From assembly GCF_000175255.2 (NCBI RefSeq), contig NC_017262.1:90001-122000 (forward strand): DNA of 32,000 bases, given 5' to 3'. A model generated the notes under the pieces. That model was not told the DNA's origin and did not search any database. It saw only the letters and a program-made list of their open reading frames with translations. Origin of the DNA: Zymomonas mobilis subsp. mobilis ATCC 10988. Lineage in GTDB: Bacteria > Pseudomonadota > Alphaproteobacteria > Sphingomonadales > Sphingomonadaceae. The position numbers were made by a program, and so were the translations under genes. Shown here piece by piece: positions 19,358-30,100 of this stretch (positions within the stretch are counted from its first letter, which is position 1; every line of letters starts with the position of its first letter).

Positions 19358-19843
19358 TTGGGTGAAACAACCCTCCAAGCAGCGCCCCATGCCCATATTC
19401 AACATAGCGGTTCCGACTTATTGGAAGCGGCCAAGGCGGCTTTATTGAAATCGGGTGAGCAATGGACAGCCATGCGTGCCTCCGTTTACAAAGCCTTGGC
19501 ACAAACCAACAAGCCAAGTTCAGCCTATGATATTGCCGATATTGTCTCTCAATCCGAAGGACGCAGAGTAGCTGCCAACAGCGTTTATCGCATCCTCGAC
19601 ATCTTCGTCAGCAGCAATCTCGCGCATCGGGTCGAAAGCGCTAACGCCTATATCGTCAACGCCCATCCTGAGTGTCGTCATGACTGCCTTTTTCTCGTCT
19701 GCGACCAATGTGGGGGTGTGATTCATATAGATGATGACAAGATCAGCCGCTTTTTAAAAGAATCGGCAGAAAAAAACGATTTTGTCGCAGAAAGGTCTGT
19801 TTTAGAAATACGGGGTAAATGTTCACATTGTCTTTCCCATTAA
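19358..19843 (+). CDS. Fur-family transcriptional regulator, probably Zur-like
   Basis: TAMRASVYKALAQTNKPSSAYDIADIVSQSEGRRVAANSVYRILDIFVSSNLAHRVESANAYI, metal-site motifs HPECRHDCLFLVCDQCGG and GKCSHC. Zur rather than Fur is inference. Confidence 0.85.
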   Translation: MGETTLQAAPHAHIQHSGSDLLEAAKAALLKSGEQWTAMRASVYKALAQTNKPSSAYDIADIVSQSEGRRVAANSVYRILDIFVSSNLAHRVESANAYIVNAHPECRHDCLFLVCDQCGGVIHIDDDKISRFLKESAEKNDFVAERSVLEIRGKCSHCLSH

Positions 19844-20020
19844 CCTAAATGTACCTCAGGTTAACCTGTTGCAATGACTCTATTACCTGCCATGATTTTG
19901 TAACTTTTATGTCGCAGTCAGGGCTTATCTTGGCTAATTTGGGTTCCTGCTGTTCACCTTTAGGGCGAATTGTTTTACTAAACAGGCTTAAATTTCGGTT
20001 TGATTTAAGGCCCTAAGCTT

Positions 20021-21970
20021 ATGTTTCCGAATGACAAGACGCCGTTGTTAGACAAGATCAAGACACCGGCAGAATTGCGTCAATTAGATCGCAACAGCCT
20101 CCGGCAATTGGCGGATGAATTACGGAAAGAGACCATCTCGGCAGTGGGTGTGACCGGCGGACATCTCGGTTCCGGCCTCGGGGTTATCGAATTAACGGTA
20201 GCCCTTCACTATGTTTTCAACACGCCCAAAGACGCTTTGGTCTGGGATGTTGGGCATCAAACCTATCCTCACAAGATTTTAACAGGTCGCCGCGATCGTA
20301 TTCGGACATTGCGGCAACGTGACGGCTTATCGGGCTTTACGCAGCGCGCGGAGAGCGAATATGACGCTTTTGGAGCCGCGCATAGTTCGACTTCTATTTC
20401 GGCGGCGCTCGGCTTTGCGATGGCCAGCAAATTATCCGACAGCGACGACAAAGCGGTTGCGATTATCGGTGATGGCTCGATGACGGCAGGCATGGCTTAT
20501 GAAGCTATGAATAACGCCAAGGCGGCGGGTAAGCGCCTGATTGTCATTTTGAATGACAATGAAATGTCGATTTCACCGCCGGTAGGTGCCTTATCTTCTT
20601 ATTTGAGCCGCCTGATTTCCTCACGGCCTTTCATGAATTTGCGCGATATCATGCGCGGTGTTGTCAACCGGATGCCAAAAGGCTTGGCAACGGCTGCCCG
20701 CAAGGCTGATGAATATGCGCGTGGTATGGCAACCGGTGGCACCTTCTTTGAAGAGCTGGGCTTTTACTATGTTGGCCCCGTGGATGGTCATAATTTAGAT
20801 CAGCTCATTCCGGTTTTGGAAAATGTCCGCGATGCCAAGGACGGCCCCATTTTGGTGCATGTCGTCACCCGCAAAGGTCAAGGTTATGCTCCGGCTGAGG
20901 CGGCCAAGGATAAATATCACGCCGTGCAGCGCTTGGATGTGGTTTCCGGTAAGCAGGCGAAAGCCCCCCCGGGACCTCCCAGCTATACCTCTGTTTTTTC
21001 GGAACAGCTGATCAAGGAAGCTAAGCAAGACGATAAGATTGTGACCATTACGGCAGCTATGCCGACGGGCACCGGTCTTGATCGCTTCCAGCAATATTTT
21101 CCTGAAAGAATGTTTGATGTCGGTATTGCCGAACAACATGCCGTAACCTTTGCGGCTGGTTTGGCGGCTGCCGGTTACAAGCCTTTCTGTTGTCTCTATT
21201 CGACCTTCTTGCAGCGCGGCTATGACCAGTTGGTGCATGATGTTGCTATCCAGAATTTGCCGGTGCGCTTCGCCGTCGATCGTGCGGGTCTTGTCGGTGC
21301 CGATGGGGCAACCCATGCGGGTAGCTTTGACCTCGCCTTTATGGTTAATCTCCCGAATATGGTCGTGATGGCGCCTTCCGATGAACGGGAATTGGCCAAT
21401 ATGGTGCATAGCATGGCGCATTATGACCAAGGCCCGATCTCGGTGCGTTATCCGCGTGGTAATGGTGTGGGTGTCTCCTTGGAAGGCGAAAAGGAAATTC
21501 TGCCTATCGGGAAAGGTCGCCTGATCCGTCGCGGTAAAAAGGTTGCGATCCTATCTCTCGGCACTCGATTGGAAGAATCCTTGAAGGCTGCCGATCGGCT
21601 TGATGCTCAAGGTTTGTCGACATCGGTTGCTGATATGCGTTTTGCTAAGCCCTTGGATGAAGCGCTGACCCGCCAACTTCTGAAAAGCCATCAGGTCATT
21701 ATTACCATTGAAGAAGGCGCTTTGGGTGGTTTTGCAACCCAAGTCCTGACGATGGCTTCGGATGAAGGCCTGGTGGATGACGGATTGAAAATCCGCACCC
21801 TGCGTCTGCCGGATCGGTTCCAGCCGCAGGACAAGCAAGAACGGCAATATGCCGAAGCCGGTCTTGATGCTGATGGCATCGTTGCTGCGGTTATCTCCGC
21901 ATTGCATCGTAATTCTAAACCCGTGGAAGTCGTCGAAATGGCGAATATGGGTAGCATCGCTCGCGCTTAA
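20021..21970 (+). CDS. dxs: 1-deoxy-D-xylulose-5-phosphate synthase
   Basis: 649 aa; [46 protein letters not shown], thiamine-PP motif [39 protein letters not shown]. Confidence 0.97.
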   Translation: MFPNDKTPLLDKIKTPAELRQLDRNSLRQLADELRKETISAVGVTGGHLGSGLGVIELTVALHYVFNTPKDALVWDVGHQTYPHKILTGRRDRIRTLRQRDGLSGFTQRAESEYDAFGAAHSSTSISAALGFAMASKLSDSDDKAVAIIGDGSMTAGMAYEAMNNAKAAGKRLIVILNDNEMSISPPVGALSSYLSRLISSRPFMNLRDIMRGVVNRMPKGLATAARKADEYARGMATGGTFFEELGFYYVGPVDGHNLDQLIPVLENVRDAKDGPILVHVVTRKGQGYAPAEAAKDKYHAVQRLDVVSGKQAKAPPGPPSYTSVFSEQLIKEAKQDDKIVTITAAMPTGTGLDRFQQYFPERMFDVGIAEQHAVTFAAGLAAAGYKPFCCLYSTFLQRGYDQLVHDVAIQNLPVRFAVDRAGLVGADGATHAGSFDLAFMVNLPNMVVMAPSDERELANMVHSMAHYDQGPISVRYPRGNGVGVSLEGEKEILPIGKGRLIRRGKKVAILSLGTRLEESLKAADRLDAQGLSTSVADMRFAKPLDEALTRQLLKSHQVIITIEEGALGGFATQVLTMASDEGLVDDGLKIRTLRLPDRFQPQDKQERQYAEAGLDADGIVAAVISALHRNSKPVEVVEMANMGSIARA

Positions 21971-22021
21971 TTTGCTATTAGGGAGCCTCGGCTCCCGATA
22001 ATAGTAAAGAGATCATATATA

Positions 22022-23434
22022 ATGCTACATCCGGTTGTTTTGTGTGGTGGTTCAGGTACACGCCTTTTCCCGTTATCTCGCCGGAGCCATCCCAAACAAC
22101 TCCTCAGCTTGATGGGCGAAAATAGCCTGTTTCAGGACGCTGTTGCACGTGTAACAGATTCTTCTCTATTCACGGCACCTCTTGTTATCTGCAATGAAGA
22201 ATACCGTTTTACTATTGCAGAACAGTTGCAGGAAATGGGCGTTAAGGCGCAAGAGATTGTCCTTGAGCCAGAAGGTCGGAACACAGCGCCCGCGATTGCT
22301 TTAGCGGCGGCAATGATTGCAGATAAAGATCCTGATGCCTGCATGCTGATCTTACCGTCAGATCACGTTATCCGGGATGTCAAAGCATTCCATGAAGCAA
22401 TCAAAGATGCCGAAACTATTGCCCGTAAAGCAAAGGCTCTTGTGACTTTTGGCGTGCGCCCGACCTCTCCTGAAACGGGTTACGGTTATATCGAAATGGG
22501 TGAAGCGCTACCTATAGCGGGTGGCTATCATATCGACAGATTCCGTGAAAAACCGGATATCAAGACGGCTGAAGATTACTTAGCCAGTGGTCGTTTTCTC
22601 TGGAACAGCGGGATGTTTCTTTTTCCCGTATCGCGGATATTAGAAGATTTTGCGCTTTATCAATCCGATATTTTGGATGCCGTTAAAGCCTCTTTACGCA
22701 AGAGCCAAAAAGACCTCGATTTTACGCGCCTAGATGCAGAATCCTTTGCGAAAGCGCCCTCTATTTCAATAGATTATGCGATCATGGAACCGGCCCATAA
22801 CAGAGCCGTCGTCCCCGTTAATATCGGATGGAGCGATGTCGGCTCATGGTCGTCTCTTTGGGCGATCAGTGATCATGACGATAATGGTAATGTTTTAATG
22901 GGCGATGTGGTCGCCGAAGATTCTTCTAATTGCCTTATCCGCTCTGAAAACGGCTTGGTCGCGACACTTGGCGTTAAAGACCTAACCATTATCAACACTT
23001 CAGATGTTACTTTGGTCGTCAACCAAGATCAGTCTCAAAATGTCGGGACGCTGGTCAAAAAAATGATCAAGGAAGGGCGGCTTGAGCCTTTAAATCCCAA
23101 ACAGGTTGCTCGTCCTTGGGGGTGGTATGAATCCATTGCTATGGGGCCTCGTTTCCAAGTGAAACAGATCATGGTTAAACCAGGTCATCGACTTTCGCTG
23201 CAAAAGCATTTTAATCGCGCCGAACATTGGGTAGTTACGCAAGGCACCGCACGGGTCACGGTTGGCGACCATGTCGATCTTATTCGCGAGAATGAATCCA
23301 TTTATATCCCGATGGGTGAAGTGCATCGCTTGGACAATCCAGGAAAGGTTGATTTGCTTCTTATTGAGATTCAGACCGGCTGTTATCTGGGGGAAGACGA
23401 TATCGTCCGTCTGGAAGACGATTATAGACGCTAA
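22022..23434 (+). CDS. manC: Mannose-1-phosphate guanylyltransferase / mannose-6-phosphate isomerase, bifunctional type
   Basis: PVVLCGGSGTRLFPLSRRSHPKQLL, FVEK-like FREKPD, NIGWSDVGSWSSLW, C-terminal cupin KPGHRLSLQKHFNRAEHWVVTQGTARVTVGD. Confidence 0.92.
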   Translation: MLHPVVLCGGSGTRLFPLSRRSHPKQLLSLMGENSLFQDAVARVTDSSLFTAPLVICNEEYRFTIAEQLQEMGVKAQEIVLEPEGRNTAPAIALAAAMIADKDPDACMLILPSDHVIRDVKAFHEAIKDAETIARKAKALVTFGVRPTSPETGYGYIEMGEALPIAGGYHIDRFREKPDIKTAEDYLASGRFLWNSGMFLFPVSRILEDFALYQSDILDAVKASLRKSQKDLDFTRLDAESFAKAPSISIDYAIMEPAHNRAVVPVNIGWSDVGSWSSLWAISDHDDNGNVLMGDVVAEDSSNCLIRSENGLVATLGVKDLTIINTSDVTLVVNQDQSQNVGTLVKKMIKEGRLEPLNPKQVARPWGWYESIAMGPRFQVKQIMVKPGHRLSLQKHFNRAEHWVVTQGTARVTVGDHVDLIRENESIYIPMGEVHRLDNPGKVDLLLIEIQTGCYLGEDDIVRLEDDYRR

Positions 23435-23443
23435 ACGAAAAAC

Positions 23444-23473
23444 AAAGAGGCTTCGTTTTTAAGAAGCCTCTTT
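23444..23473. terminator. Shared bidirectional terminator between manC and convergent glycosyltransferase gene
   Basis: AAAGAGGCTTCGTTTTTAAGAAGCCTCTTT perfect 11-bp stem. Confidence 0.75.
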
Positions 23474-23483
23474 AAATACCCTT

Positions 23484-24785
23484 TTAGAAACCAAATTTTT
23501 TATAAAAATCTTTCAAACGTTTCTTATAATTTTTCATTGAGAATTTTTCTGCTTGGACAGGGCCGCGCTGCTGTAATGTCTTCACCAAATTATCATCTTC
23601 AGCCATCGCGCTAATAGCTTCTGATAAGGCATCCACATCATAAGGATCGACTAATAACGCGGCATCCCCTGCAATTTCTTGAATAGCAGGATGGGTCGAA
23701 CTGATAACCGCGGTTCCCAAACACATCGCTTCAGCAACAGGCAAACCAAAGCCTTCTGCAATAGATGGAAAGACTAAAGCCCTTGCGCCCTTAACGACAC
23801 TGACAAGCTGAGAACGGGACATATAATCTAGCTGGATAATCTTCTTTTTCCCTGGCAGCTCTCGACCCTTTAGCTGCTCCAGCAAAGCATGATCTTCTTC
23901 GGCACTCCAACTACGACTGCTAACAATCACAAGAGGATAGTCAGGACAGTCCGCAGCCATATAGGCTTCAATTAACCGCTTTACATTTTTCTTTGGCTCG
24001 ATTGCGCCATAAAATAAGAAGTAATGACCATATTCCAAGCCAAATAAACCATTCACATCCCGCTCAACCAAATGCGCCGGACGATTTTTCAAGCCCTCTT
24101 CAAACTCAACGGCCTGATATAAATTCGTTACCTGACTCTCCGGGGCATTAAACAGACGAATAATATCCCGTCTGGAGGCTTCCGATACAGTCAGGATATG
24201 ATCCCCATTTTTTAAAATATCGGCGATAATGTTCCAATTTAAAAGATGGTTACCACCGACCGTATTGGGATGTGTAAAAGGTACCAGATCATGAATAGTA
24301 TAAATATTAATACTATTCTTTAATTTTATAGGAATAAGATGCGTCCAATGCATAAATTGGGGTGCATCATCCAAGACCATATTTAAAAAATTGTGGAATG
24401 TTTTATAATTTTTTTTAGAAATAGTAAAAATATTTCTGTAATTATAGATGTATTCTACATTATTATTGATGTTTTTTGCATATAATTTATCAACAATATT
24501 TAAATCTATTCTATATGGTTGAATTTTTCCAGATTTTTTATAGCGAATAATATCTTTAATATCAGATAAAATGGCCTTTTTGGGAGAAATTACTAGCTCG
24601 TCGCGAAAAAACAGAATTTCTCTTAAAGCAGGATTCGATGAATTGCTTACATTTCTGCCATAAATAATGCCTGTTTCATGGCCGATGCCTCTGATCGCTT
24701 TCAATAGAGATCGAGCATAAGAAGCAATGCCTGTTCCTTGCGGGTTAGCAAGGTTGAGGCCATCGACAAAACATTTAGAAGACAT
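23484..24785 (-). CDS. Glycosyltransferase family 4-type (group 1)
   Basis: FVDGLNLANPQGTGIASYARSLL ... HWTHLIPIKLKNSINIYTIHDLVPFTHP ... FLFYGAIEPKKNVKRLIEAY ... ALVFPSIAEGFGLPVAEAMCLGTAVISS. Start possibly ATG at 24785 rather than 24809. Confidence 0.88.
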   Translation of the reverse strand: MSSKCFVDGLNLANPQGTGIASYARSLLKAIRGIGHETGIIYGRNVSNSSNPALREILFFRDELVISPKKAILSDIKDIIRYKKSGKIQPYRIDLNIVDKLYAKNINNNVEYIYNYRNIFTISKKNYKTFHNFLNMVLDDAPQFMHWTHLIPIKLKNSINIYTIHDLVPFTHPNTVGGNHLLNWNIIADILKNGDHILTVSEASRRDIIRLFNAPESQVTNLYQAVEFEEGLKNRPAHLVERDVNGLFGLEYGHYFLFYGAIEPKKNVKRLIEAYMAADCPDYPLVIVSSRSWSAEEDHALLEQLKGRELPGKKKIIQLDYMSRSQLVSVVKGARALVFPSIAEGFGLPVAEAMCLGTAVISSTHPAIQEIAGDAALLVDPYDVDALSEAISAMAEDDNLVKTLQQRGPVQAEKFSMKNYKKRLKDFYKKFGF

Positions 24786-24903
24786 GGAACAGGTGATCCG
24801 TATAGCCATAAAATATTAAAATTGGATAATAGAATCTTCGCTAAAAGGCGAAGCTCGATTTAATCTTATGAGATAAAAAGTAGATTTGACATGCTATAAA
24901 CAC

Positions 24904-24931
24904 AAAAAAAGCCGGCTAAAAGCCAGCTTAC
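24904..24931 (-). terminator. Intrinsic terminator of the tRNA-Glu transcript
   Basis: AAAAAAAGCCGGCTAAAAGCCAGCTTA on +; reads as GC hairpin plus T tract on the minus strand, just 3' of the tRNA. Confidence 0.65.
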
Positions 24932-24968
24932 CATGTCCAATAAATTATAACACCGAGGTTAAATTTAT

Positions 24969-25044
24969 TGGCGACCCCAACGGGAATCGAACCCGTGTTT
25001 TCGCCGTGAAAGGGCGATGTCCTAGACCGCTAGACGATGGGGTC
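24969..25044 (-). tRNA. tRNA-Glu (anticodon UUC)
   Basis: Reverse strand GACCCCATCGTCTAGCGGTCTAGGACATCGCCCTTTCACGGCGAAAACACGGGTTCGATTCCCGTTGGGGTCGCCA: 7-bp acceptor stem, CTTTCAC loop, GGTTCGATTCC T-arm, encoded CCA. Confidence 0.97.
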
Positions 25045-25159
25045 GCTCGCGGTGTGAGGCGGTAGATATGGAATTCTCGCGATAAGGTCAAGCGGTTTTT
25101 TCAAATTTTTTTATTTTTTTCAAAAACTTTTACCGTCTCGCGAAAAATGCCCTATTTCC

Positions 25160-26920
25160 TTATGCCCAAGCGATATCCTCAATATGAAGCTGGGCATCCT
25201 TTCTGCCATTCCATTCATTTAACTGGATTTTTCCGGCCACCCATAGCTTGCGGTCACGCCCAGCCGCTACCACGATTTGGGTAATTGGGGTCTCTACCGC
25301 ATTAAAGGCAATCGCTTTAAAGCTTTGCCCATCTTGTCCTTTAAAAATAACTGACAAATGCTTCTCTTTTAATATCCGTGTCTGAATGGCATATACAGGC
25401 CCCGCCACGACATGAGGGGAGGGCCATCCCGCTCCATAAGGGCCACCGGCCTCCAAAGCCTCAATCAAAGACAAATTGACACCCCCAGCGCTTAAAACTT
25501 CATCAATCAACAAGGCTTTATTCGCGCGAGCCGTTTCGACATCTTTTTGGACTCTCTCTGAAATAAAAGTCGCAAAATCCTCTATCTGATTTTTCTTGAT
25601 GCTAAGACCTGCTGCCATGGCATGTCCACCACCATTCACCAACAGCCCTGCTTGCTTGGCTGATAAGACTGCGGCGCCCAAATCGACGCCCGATAAAGAA
25701 CGTCCAGAACCTTTCCCATTGCCCTCCTCGTCAATACCAATCACGATAATAGGGCGGTCATATTTTTGCTTTAGCCTACCCGCAACAATGCCGATCACGC
25801 CGGGATGCCATCCTTCGCCCGCCACAACCATCACAGGCCGTTCAACTTGCTCTTCACATAGGCCTTCAGCGGCTTCGGTTACGGTTTGTTCAATCGATCG
25901 TCGTTCCAGATTGAATTGATTTAAAGCGAGCGCCAGATTCTCACATTCATTCTTATCAAGACTGGTCAACAACCTGACACCCAAATCAGATTTACCGACC
26001 CGTCCACCGGCATTGATCCTCGGGCCCAATATAAAACCAAGATCATATGTCGTCGGCGGACGAGAAACGCCTGCAACATCCAATAGAGCGGCAATGCCGG
26101 GACGATACCGCGCCGCCATAACTTTTAAGCCCTGCGCGACAAAAGCTCTGTTGAGGCCATGTAACGCCGCGACATCAGCGACTGTTCCCAAGGCAACTAA
26201 ATCAAGTAACGCCATCAGTTTGGGTTCGGGTCTATCCGAAAAATAGCCGTCCTGCCGCAAATGCCGTACCAAAGCTGCCGCTAATAAAAAAGCCACGCCG
26301 ACAGCTGCCAAATGCCCATATTGTGCGCCTTCTTCTTCATCAAGACGGTTAGGATTCACAACAGCATGAGCCTCTGGCAATTGAGGCTGACATTGGTGAT
26401 GATCGACAACCACCACATCCAGACCGGCTTCTTTTGCTGCCTCAAGGGCTTCATAAGCCTGTGCGCCGCAATCGACCGTCACAACCAGATTAGCCCCTTC
26501 TTCGGCCAATTTTCGCATCGATTGAACCGCTGGGCCATAGCCTTCCGCCACACGGTCAGGAATATAGTAACCGGCATTCACACCCAATTGACGCAGAAGA
26601 TCAATCATCAAAGCCGATGAAGTGGCTCCATCGACATCATAATCGCCAAAAATGACGATAGACTCTTTCTTATAGATAGCCTTTGCTAGCCTCTCTGCCG
26701 CGCGATCCATATCGCATAATAAAGAAGGGTCAGGCATAAAATTTTTAATTTTGGGATCGCGATAGGCAGACAGACTTTCCCGAGGACAGCCGCGCGTGAT
26801 AAGAATACGATCAATCAGGTCTTCAAGCGGATTTTCTCCACTAAACCCCGAATTTTGGCCGCGCCATTGCCATGCCTGACCCAGAGCAGAAGAAGAAACG
26901 CCACAGACAAGATTTGCCAT
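25160..26920 (-). CDS. recJ: Single-stranded-DNA-specific exonuclease RecJ
   Basis: IVIFGDYDVDGATSSALM (DHH), VTVDCGAQAYEAL, VVVDHHQCQ, DLVALGTVADVAAL, GPRINAGGRVGK, NGGGHAMAAGLS. Confidence 0.96.
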   Translation of the reverse strand: MANLVCGVSSSALGQAWQWRGQNSGFSGENPLEDLIDRILITRGCPRESLSAYRDPKIKNFMPDPSLLCDMDRAAERLAKAIYKKESIVIFGDYDVDGATSSALMIDLLRQLGVNAGYYIPDRVAEGYGPAVQSMRKLAEEGANLVVTVDCGAQAYEALEAAKEAGLDVVVVDHHQCQPQLPEAHAVVNPNRLDEEEGAQYGHLAAVGVAFLLAAALVRHLRQDGYFSDRPEPKLMALLDLVALGTVADVAALHGLNRAFVAQGLKVMAARYRPGIAALLDVAGVSRPPTTYDLGFILGPRINAGGRVGKSDLGVRLLTSLDKNECENLALALNQFNLERRSIEQTVTEAAEGLCEEQVERPVMVVAGEGWHPGVIGIVAGRLKQKYDRPIIVIGIDEEGNGKGSGRSLSGVDLGAAVLSAKQAGLLVNGGGHAMAAGLSIKKNQIEDFATFISERVQKDVETARANKALLIDEVLSAGGVNLSLIEALEAGGPYGAGWPSPHVVAGPVYAIQTRILKEKHLSVIFKGQDGQSFKAIAFNAVETPITQIVVAAGRDRKLWVAGKIQLNEWNGRKDAQLHIEDIAWA

Positions 26921-27011
26921 AAATATCCCAAATTCGCATAATAAAGAAAGAATTCGCTTGAAATGAAGAGATAAAGAACAAAAGAACCATCATTGCTCCA
27001 CTATCCCTGAC

Positions 27012-27674
27012 ATGATAGCGCAACAGACATTATTAGACCATAACCCCGAAACAGGACAAAATATCATAATGGAAGAAATACAAGATCTGGCGGTTATGCG
27101 CCCGGATCAGGTCAATGTGCCGGAAGAAATACAGGAAGCCATTCGCAGCCTTATCCGTTGGGCGGGTGATGATCCTGATCGGGAAGGCCTGATTGATACG
27201 CCAAAGCGGGTTGCCAAGGCATGGAAATATTATTGTCGGGGGTATCGGGAAGACCCTGAAAACCATTTAAAAACCGTTTTTGAAGAAGTCGGCGGCTATG
27301 ACGATATTGTGCTGCTGAAAGATATTCCTTTCTATTCGCATTGCGAACATCATATGGCGCCGATTATGGGGCATGCCCATATCGCCTATTTGCCGGATAA
27401 AAAGGTTGTTGGCCTGTCAAAACTGGCGCGGGTGCTGAAAGGGTATGCCCATCGCTTGCAAATACAGGAAAGGCTGACAGCACAGGTGGCCGATTGTATC
27501 TGGAATAATCTGCGCCCACGCGGTGTTGCGGTGGTTATTTCTGCGGTGCATAGTTGTATGGCCGCGCGTGGGGTCGAAACCCCCAATGTCCAGACCGTCA
27601 CCAAAACGCTGCGCGGTATTTACAGCGAAGACCCTGAACAGGCCAAAATGATCCTTAATCTTATGGGTGTGTAA
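27012..27674 (+). CDS. folE: GTP cyclohydrolase I
   Basis: GLIDTPKRVAKAW, FYSHCEHHMAPIMGHAHIAYLPDKKVVGLSKLARV, RLQIQERLTAQVA, HSCMAARGV. Confidence 0.96.
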   Translation: MIAQQTLLDHNPETGQNIIMEEIQDLAVMRPDQVNVPEEIQEAIRSLIRWAGDDPDREGLIDTPKRVAKAWKYYCRGYREDPENHLKTVFEEVGGYDDIVLLKDIPFYSHCEHHMAPIMGHAHIAYLPDKKVVGLSKLARVLKGYAHRLQIQERLTAQVADCIWNNLRPRGVAVVISAVHSCMAARGVETPNVQTVTKTLRGIYSEDPEQAKMILNLMGV

Positions 27675-27761
27675 TCCAGATCAAGGTTAATGGTAAAATT
27701 TACCGTTTTCCGGTGGAAATGGTGTTATGACCAAAGATGAACTAGCTATCTGGAAAAGATT

Positions 27762-28757
27762 ATGACAGCGACCCGTAGCCTTTCTATTATGGGTGAAAGC
27801 CTACCGCTGAAAACCCCCTTCAGGATTTCGCGGGGCGTTAAAAATACGATTGATACGATCGTCGCCAATATCAGTGAAAGCGGCGTCACTGGACGAGGGG
27901 AGGGCATTCCTTATCCACGTTACGGTCAGACGGTTGAAAGCGCATTGATAGAGGCCAATTCGGTCAGCCATAAGATAACCGAGCATTATGGACGGGAAGC
28001 CTTGCTAACATTGCTTCCACCTGGGCCCGCCCGCAATGCGCTGGATTGTGCTTTATGGGATATTGAAGCGCGAATTTCAGGGCAAAGCGTTGCCAGTATG
28101 ATGGGGATAGCCAAGCTGGAGCCACTGGCCACTGCCGTGACAATCAGCCTTGATGAACCTGAGGTCATGGCAAAAGCGGCGGCAAAGCTGGCTTATTGTC
28201 CGGTAATCAAAGTCAAGGTGGATGAGCATAATCCAGAAGACTGCATCAAGGCCGTGCGAGATCAGGCACCCAAAGCACGGCTGATTGTTGATCCTAATGA
28301 AAGCTGGTCTTTCGATTTGCTCGACAAGATGCAGAATTTTCTAGCTGATGCGCGTGTCGCTTTATTGGAACAACCGCTTGCGGCGGGCGCTGATGAGGCG
28401 TTGAAAGGCTTTTCACCGGCTGTACCGATCTGCGCGGATGAAGTCTTCCATTCGGCGGATGATCTCGATCATATTGCTGACCGTTATCAGGTCATCAATA
28501 TCAAATTAGACAAGACCGGCGGCTTGACTGCTGCCATCGACATTATGAAACAAGCGCGCAGCCTTAATCTTAGCATTATGGTTGGCTGTATGGTTTGTTC
28601 GTCTTTGTCACTGGCACCCGCCTTCCATCTAGCCGCACAGGCTGATTTTGTTGATCTCGACGGTGCCGATTGGCTTGTTCATGACCGTAATGACGGGATG
28701 TTACTTGATAACGGGATTTTACATCCACCTTCTGCTACTTTTTGGGGTGGGCCTTAA
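27762..28757 (+). CDS. Enolase-superfamily L-Ala-D/L-Glu-type dipeptide epimerase
   Basis: LKTPFRISRGVK, VIKVKVDEHNPEDCIKAVRDQAPKARLIVDPNESW, ALLEQPLAAG, CADEVFHS, NIKLDKTGGLTAAIDI: muconate lactonizing/dipeptide epimerase pattern. Confidence 0.87.
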   Translation: MTATRSLSIMGESLPLKTPFRISRGVKNTIDTIVANISESGVTGRGEGIPYPRYGQTVESALIEANSVSHKITEHYGREALLTLLPPGPARNALDCALWDIEARISGQSVASMMGIAKLEPLATAVTISLDEPEVMAKAAAKLAYCPVIKVKVDEHNPEDCIKAVRDQAPKARLIVDPNESWSFDLLDKMQNFLADARVALLEQPLAAGADEALKGFSPAVPICADEVFHSADDLDHIADRYQVINIKLDKTGGLTAAIDIMKQARSLNLSIMVGCMVCSSLSLAPAFHLAAQADFVDLDGADWLVHDRNDGMLLDNGILHPPSATFWGGP

Positions 28758-28783
28758 ATAAAAACCATTTCACTCGGACAATA

Positions 28784-28819
28784 AAAAAGCCGCCTGAAAA
28801 CAGGCGGCTTTTTTTTGCA
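28784..28819. terminator. Bidirectional terminator between the epimerase gene and rplI
   Basis: AAAAAAGCCGCCTGAAAACAGGCGGCTTTTTTTT. Confidence 0.85.
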
Positions 28820-28836
28820 AAAACAACGGTAAAAAA

Positions 28837-29466
28837 TCAGAGAGATTCTTCGCTGTTGGTTTCTGCATTGTCGTCGGCATCTGCAACAGCTTCTTCAGCT
28901 TCGGTTGCAAGACCCGGTTCGGCATTGGGATCATAGTCTTCGGTGAAGCTTGCGCCATCACGTTCAAACATCTGATTCATAACATCAACGCCTTCAGCCT
29001 GAAGTTCAGCTTCTTCAGGTGAACGAGCAACGTTGACTTTGATCTTAACCGCAACTTCCGGATGCAAGACAACGCGGACTTCAGAAATACCGATGGACTT
29101 GATCGGGCGATCAAGAACAATCTGGTTTTTCGCCACTTTGGCTTCCGGTTTAGCTTCGACAATAGCATCAGCCAAATCGCGAGCAGAAACGGAACCATAA
29201 AGATGGCCGGTGTTAGAAGCCTGACGAATCAGGGTAACGGTCAGACCGTTAACGACTTCAGATTCTTTTTCTGCATCCGTGCGACGAGCCGCATTATCGG
29301 CTTCGATCTGGGCGCGGTTAGCTTCGAAAATTTTGCGGTTGGCTTCGTTAGCGCGCAAAGCCTTCTTGCGGGGAAGAAGGAAGTTACGGGCATAACCGTT
29401 TTTCACGGCAACAACGTCACCGATATGACCAAGTTTCTCGATACGTTCGAGCAGGATAACATCCAT
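28837..29466 (-). CDS. rplI: 50S ribosomal protein L9
   Basis: MDVILLERIEKLGHIGDVVAVKNGYARNFLLPRKKALRANEAN...; acidic C-terminal extension. Confidence 0.97.
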   Translation of the reverse strand: MDVILLERIEKLGHIGDVVAVKNGYARNFLLPRKKALRANEANRKIFEANRAQIEADNAARRTDAEKESEVVNGLTVTLIRQASNTGHLYGSVSARDLADAIVEAKPEAKVAKNQIVLDRPIKSIGISEVRVVLHPEVAVKIKVNVARSPEEAELQAEGVDVMNQMFERDGASFTEDYDPNAEPGLATEAEEAVADADDNAETNSEESL

Positions 29467-29480
29467 GGATCGGGCGCTCC

Positions 29481-29705
29481 TTACTTAACGATGAAGGGCA
29501 GAAGCCCGATGTGACGGGCGCGCTTGATGGCGCGAGCCAGTTCGCGCTGTTTTTTTGCAGAAACAGCAGTGATACGACTGGGAACGATTTTGCCCCGTTC
29601 AGAAACAAAGCCCTGAAGAAGACGAACATCTTTATAGTCGATCTTCGGCGCATCTTTAGCGGCGAAAGGGCAGCTTTTGCGGCGACGGAAGAAAGGACGT
29701 GCCAT
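29481..29705 (-). CDS. rpsR: 30S ribosomal protein S18
   Basis: [71 protein letters not shown]. Confidence 0.98.
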   Translation of the reverse strand: MARPFFRRRKSCPFAAKDAPKIDYKDVRLLQGFVSERGKIVPSRITAVSAKKQRELARAIKRARHIGLLPFIVK

Positions 29706-29725
29706 AGTATTTTTTCCTTTCAGGC

Positions 29726-30100
29726 TTAGGCTGCGTCACGATCGCGGCGACGATCGCTGCGGTTTGAACGGTCGCGATCACCCCGACGCATCATAGCCGA
29801 AGGGCCCTGTTCATGGGCATCGACACGGACAGTCATGTAACGGATAACGTCTTCATTCAACGCCATCTGGCGTTCCAGCTCTTGGATAGCATCAGCCGGA
29901 GCATCGATTTCCAGCATGATGTAATAGGCTTTACGGTTTTTCTGGATGCGATAAGCGAGGTTACGCAAGCCCCAGATTTCGGTCTTTACGACCTTACCGC
30001 TTTTTTCTTCGATAATAGAGGTTGCCGTAGCGGCAAGCCCATCGACCTGCGTCTGTGCAAGGTCCTGACGGGCAAGAAACACATGCTCGTAAAGAGGCAT
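29726..30100 (-). CDS. rpsF: 30S ribosomal protein S6
   Basis: [68 protein letters not shown]. Confidence 0.98.
   Translation of the reverse strand: MPLYEHVFLARQDLAQTQVDGLAATATSIIEEKSGKVVKTEIWGLRNLAYRIQKNRKAYYIMLEIDAPADAIQELERQMALNEDVIRYMTVRVDAHEQGPSAMMRRGDRDRSNRSDRRRDRDAA

Noticed and set aside
20795-21430. Long antisense ORF (211 aa) within dxs, and similar antisense ORFs in ldhA, adhA, gpmA and recJ
   Set aside because: Shadow ORFs opposite strongly recognised enzymes; no independent evidence.
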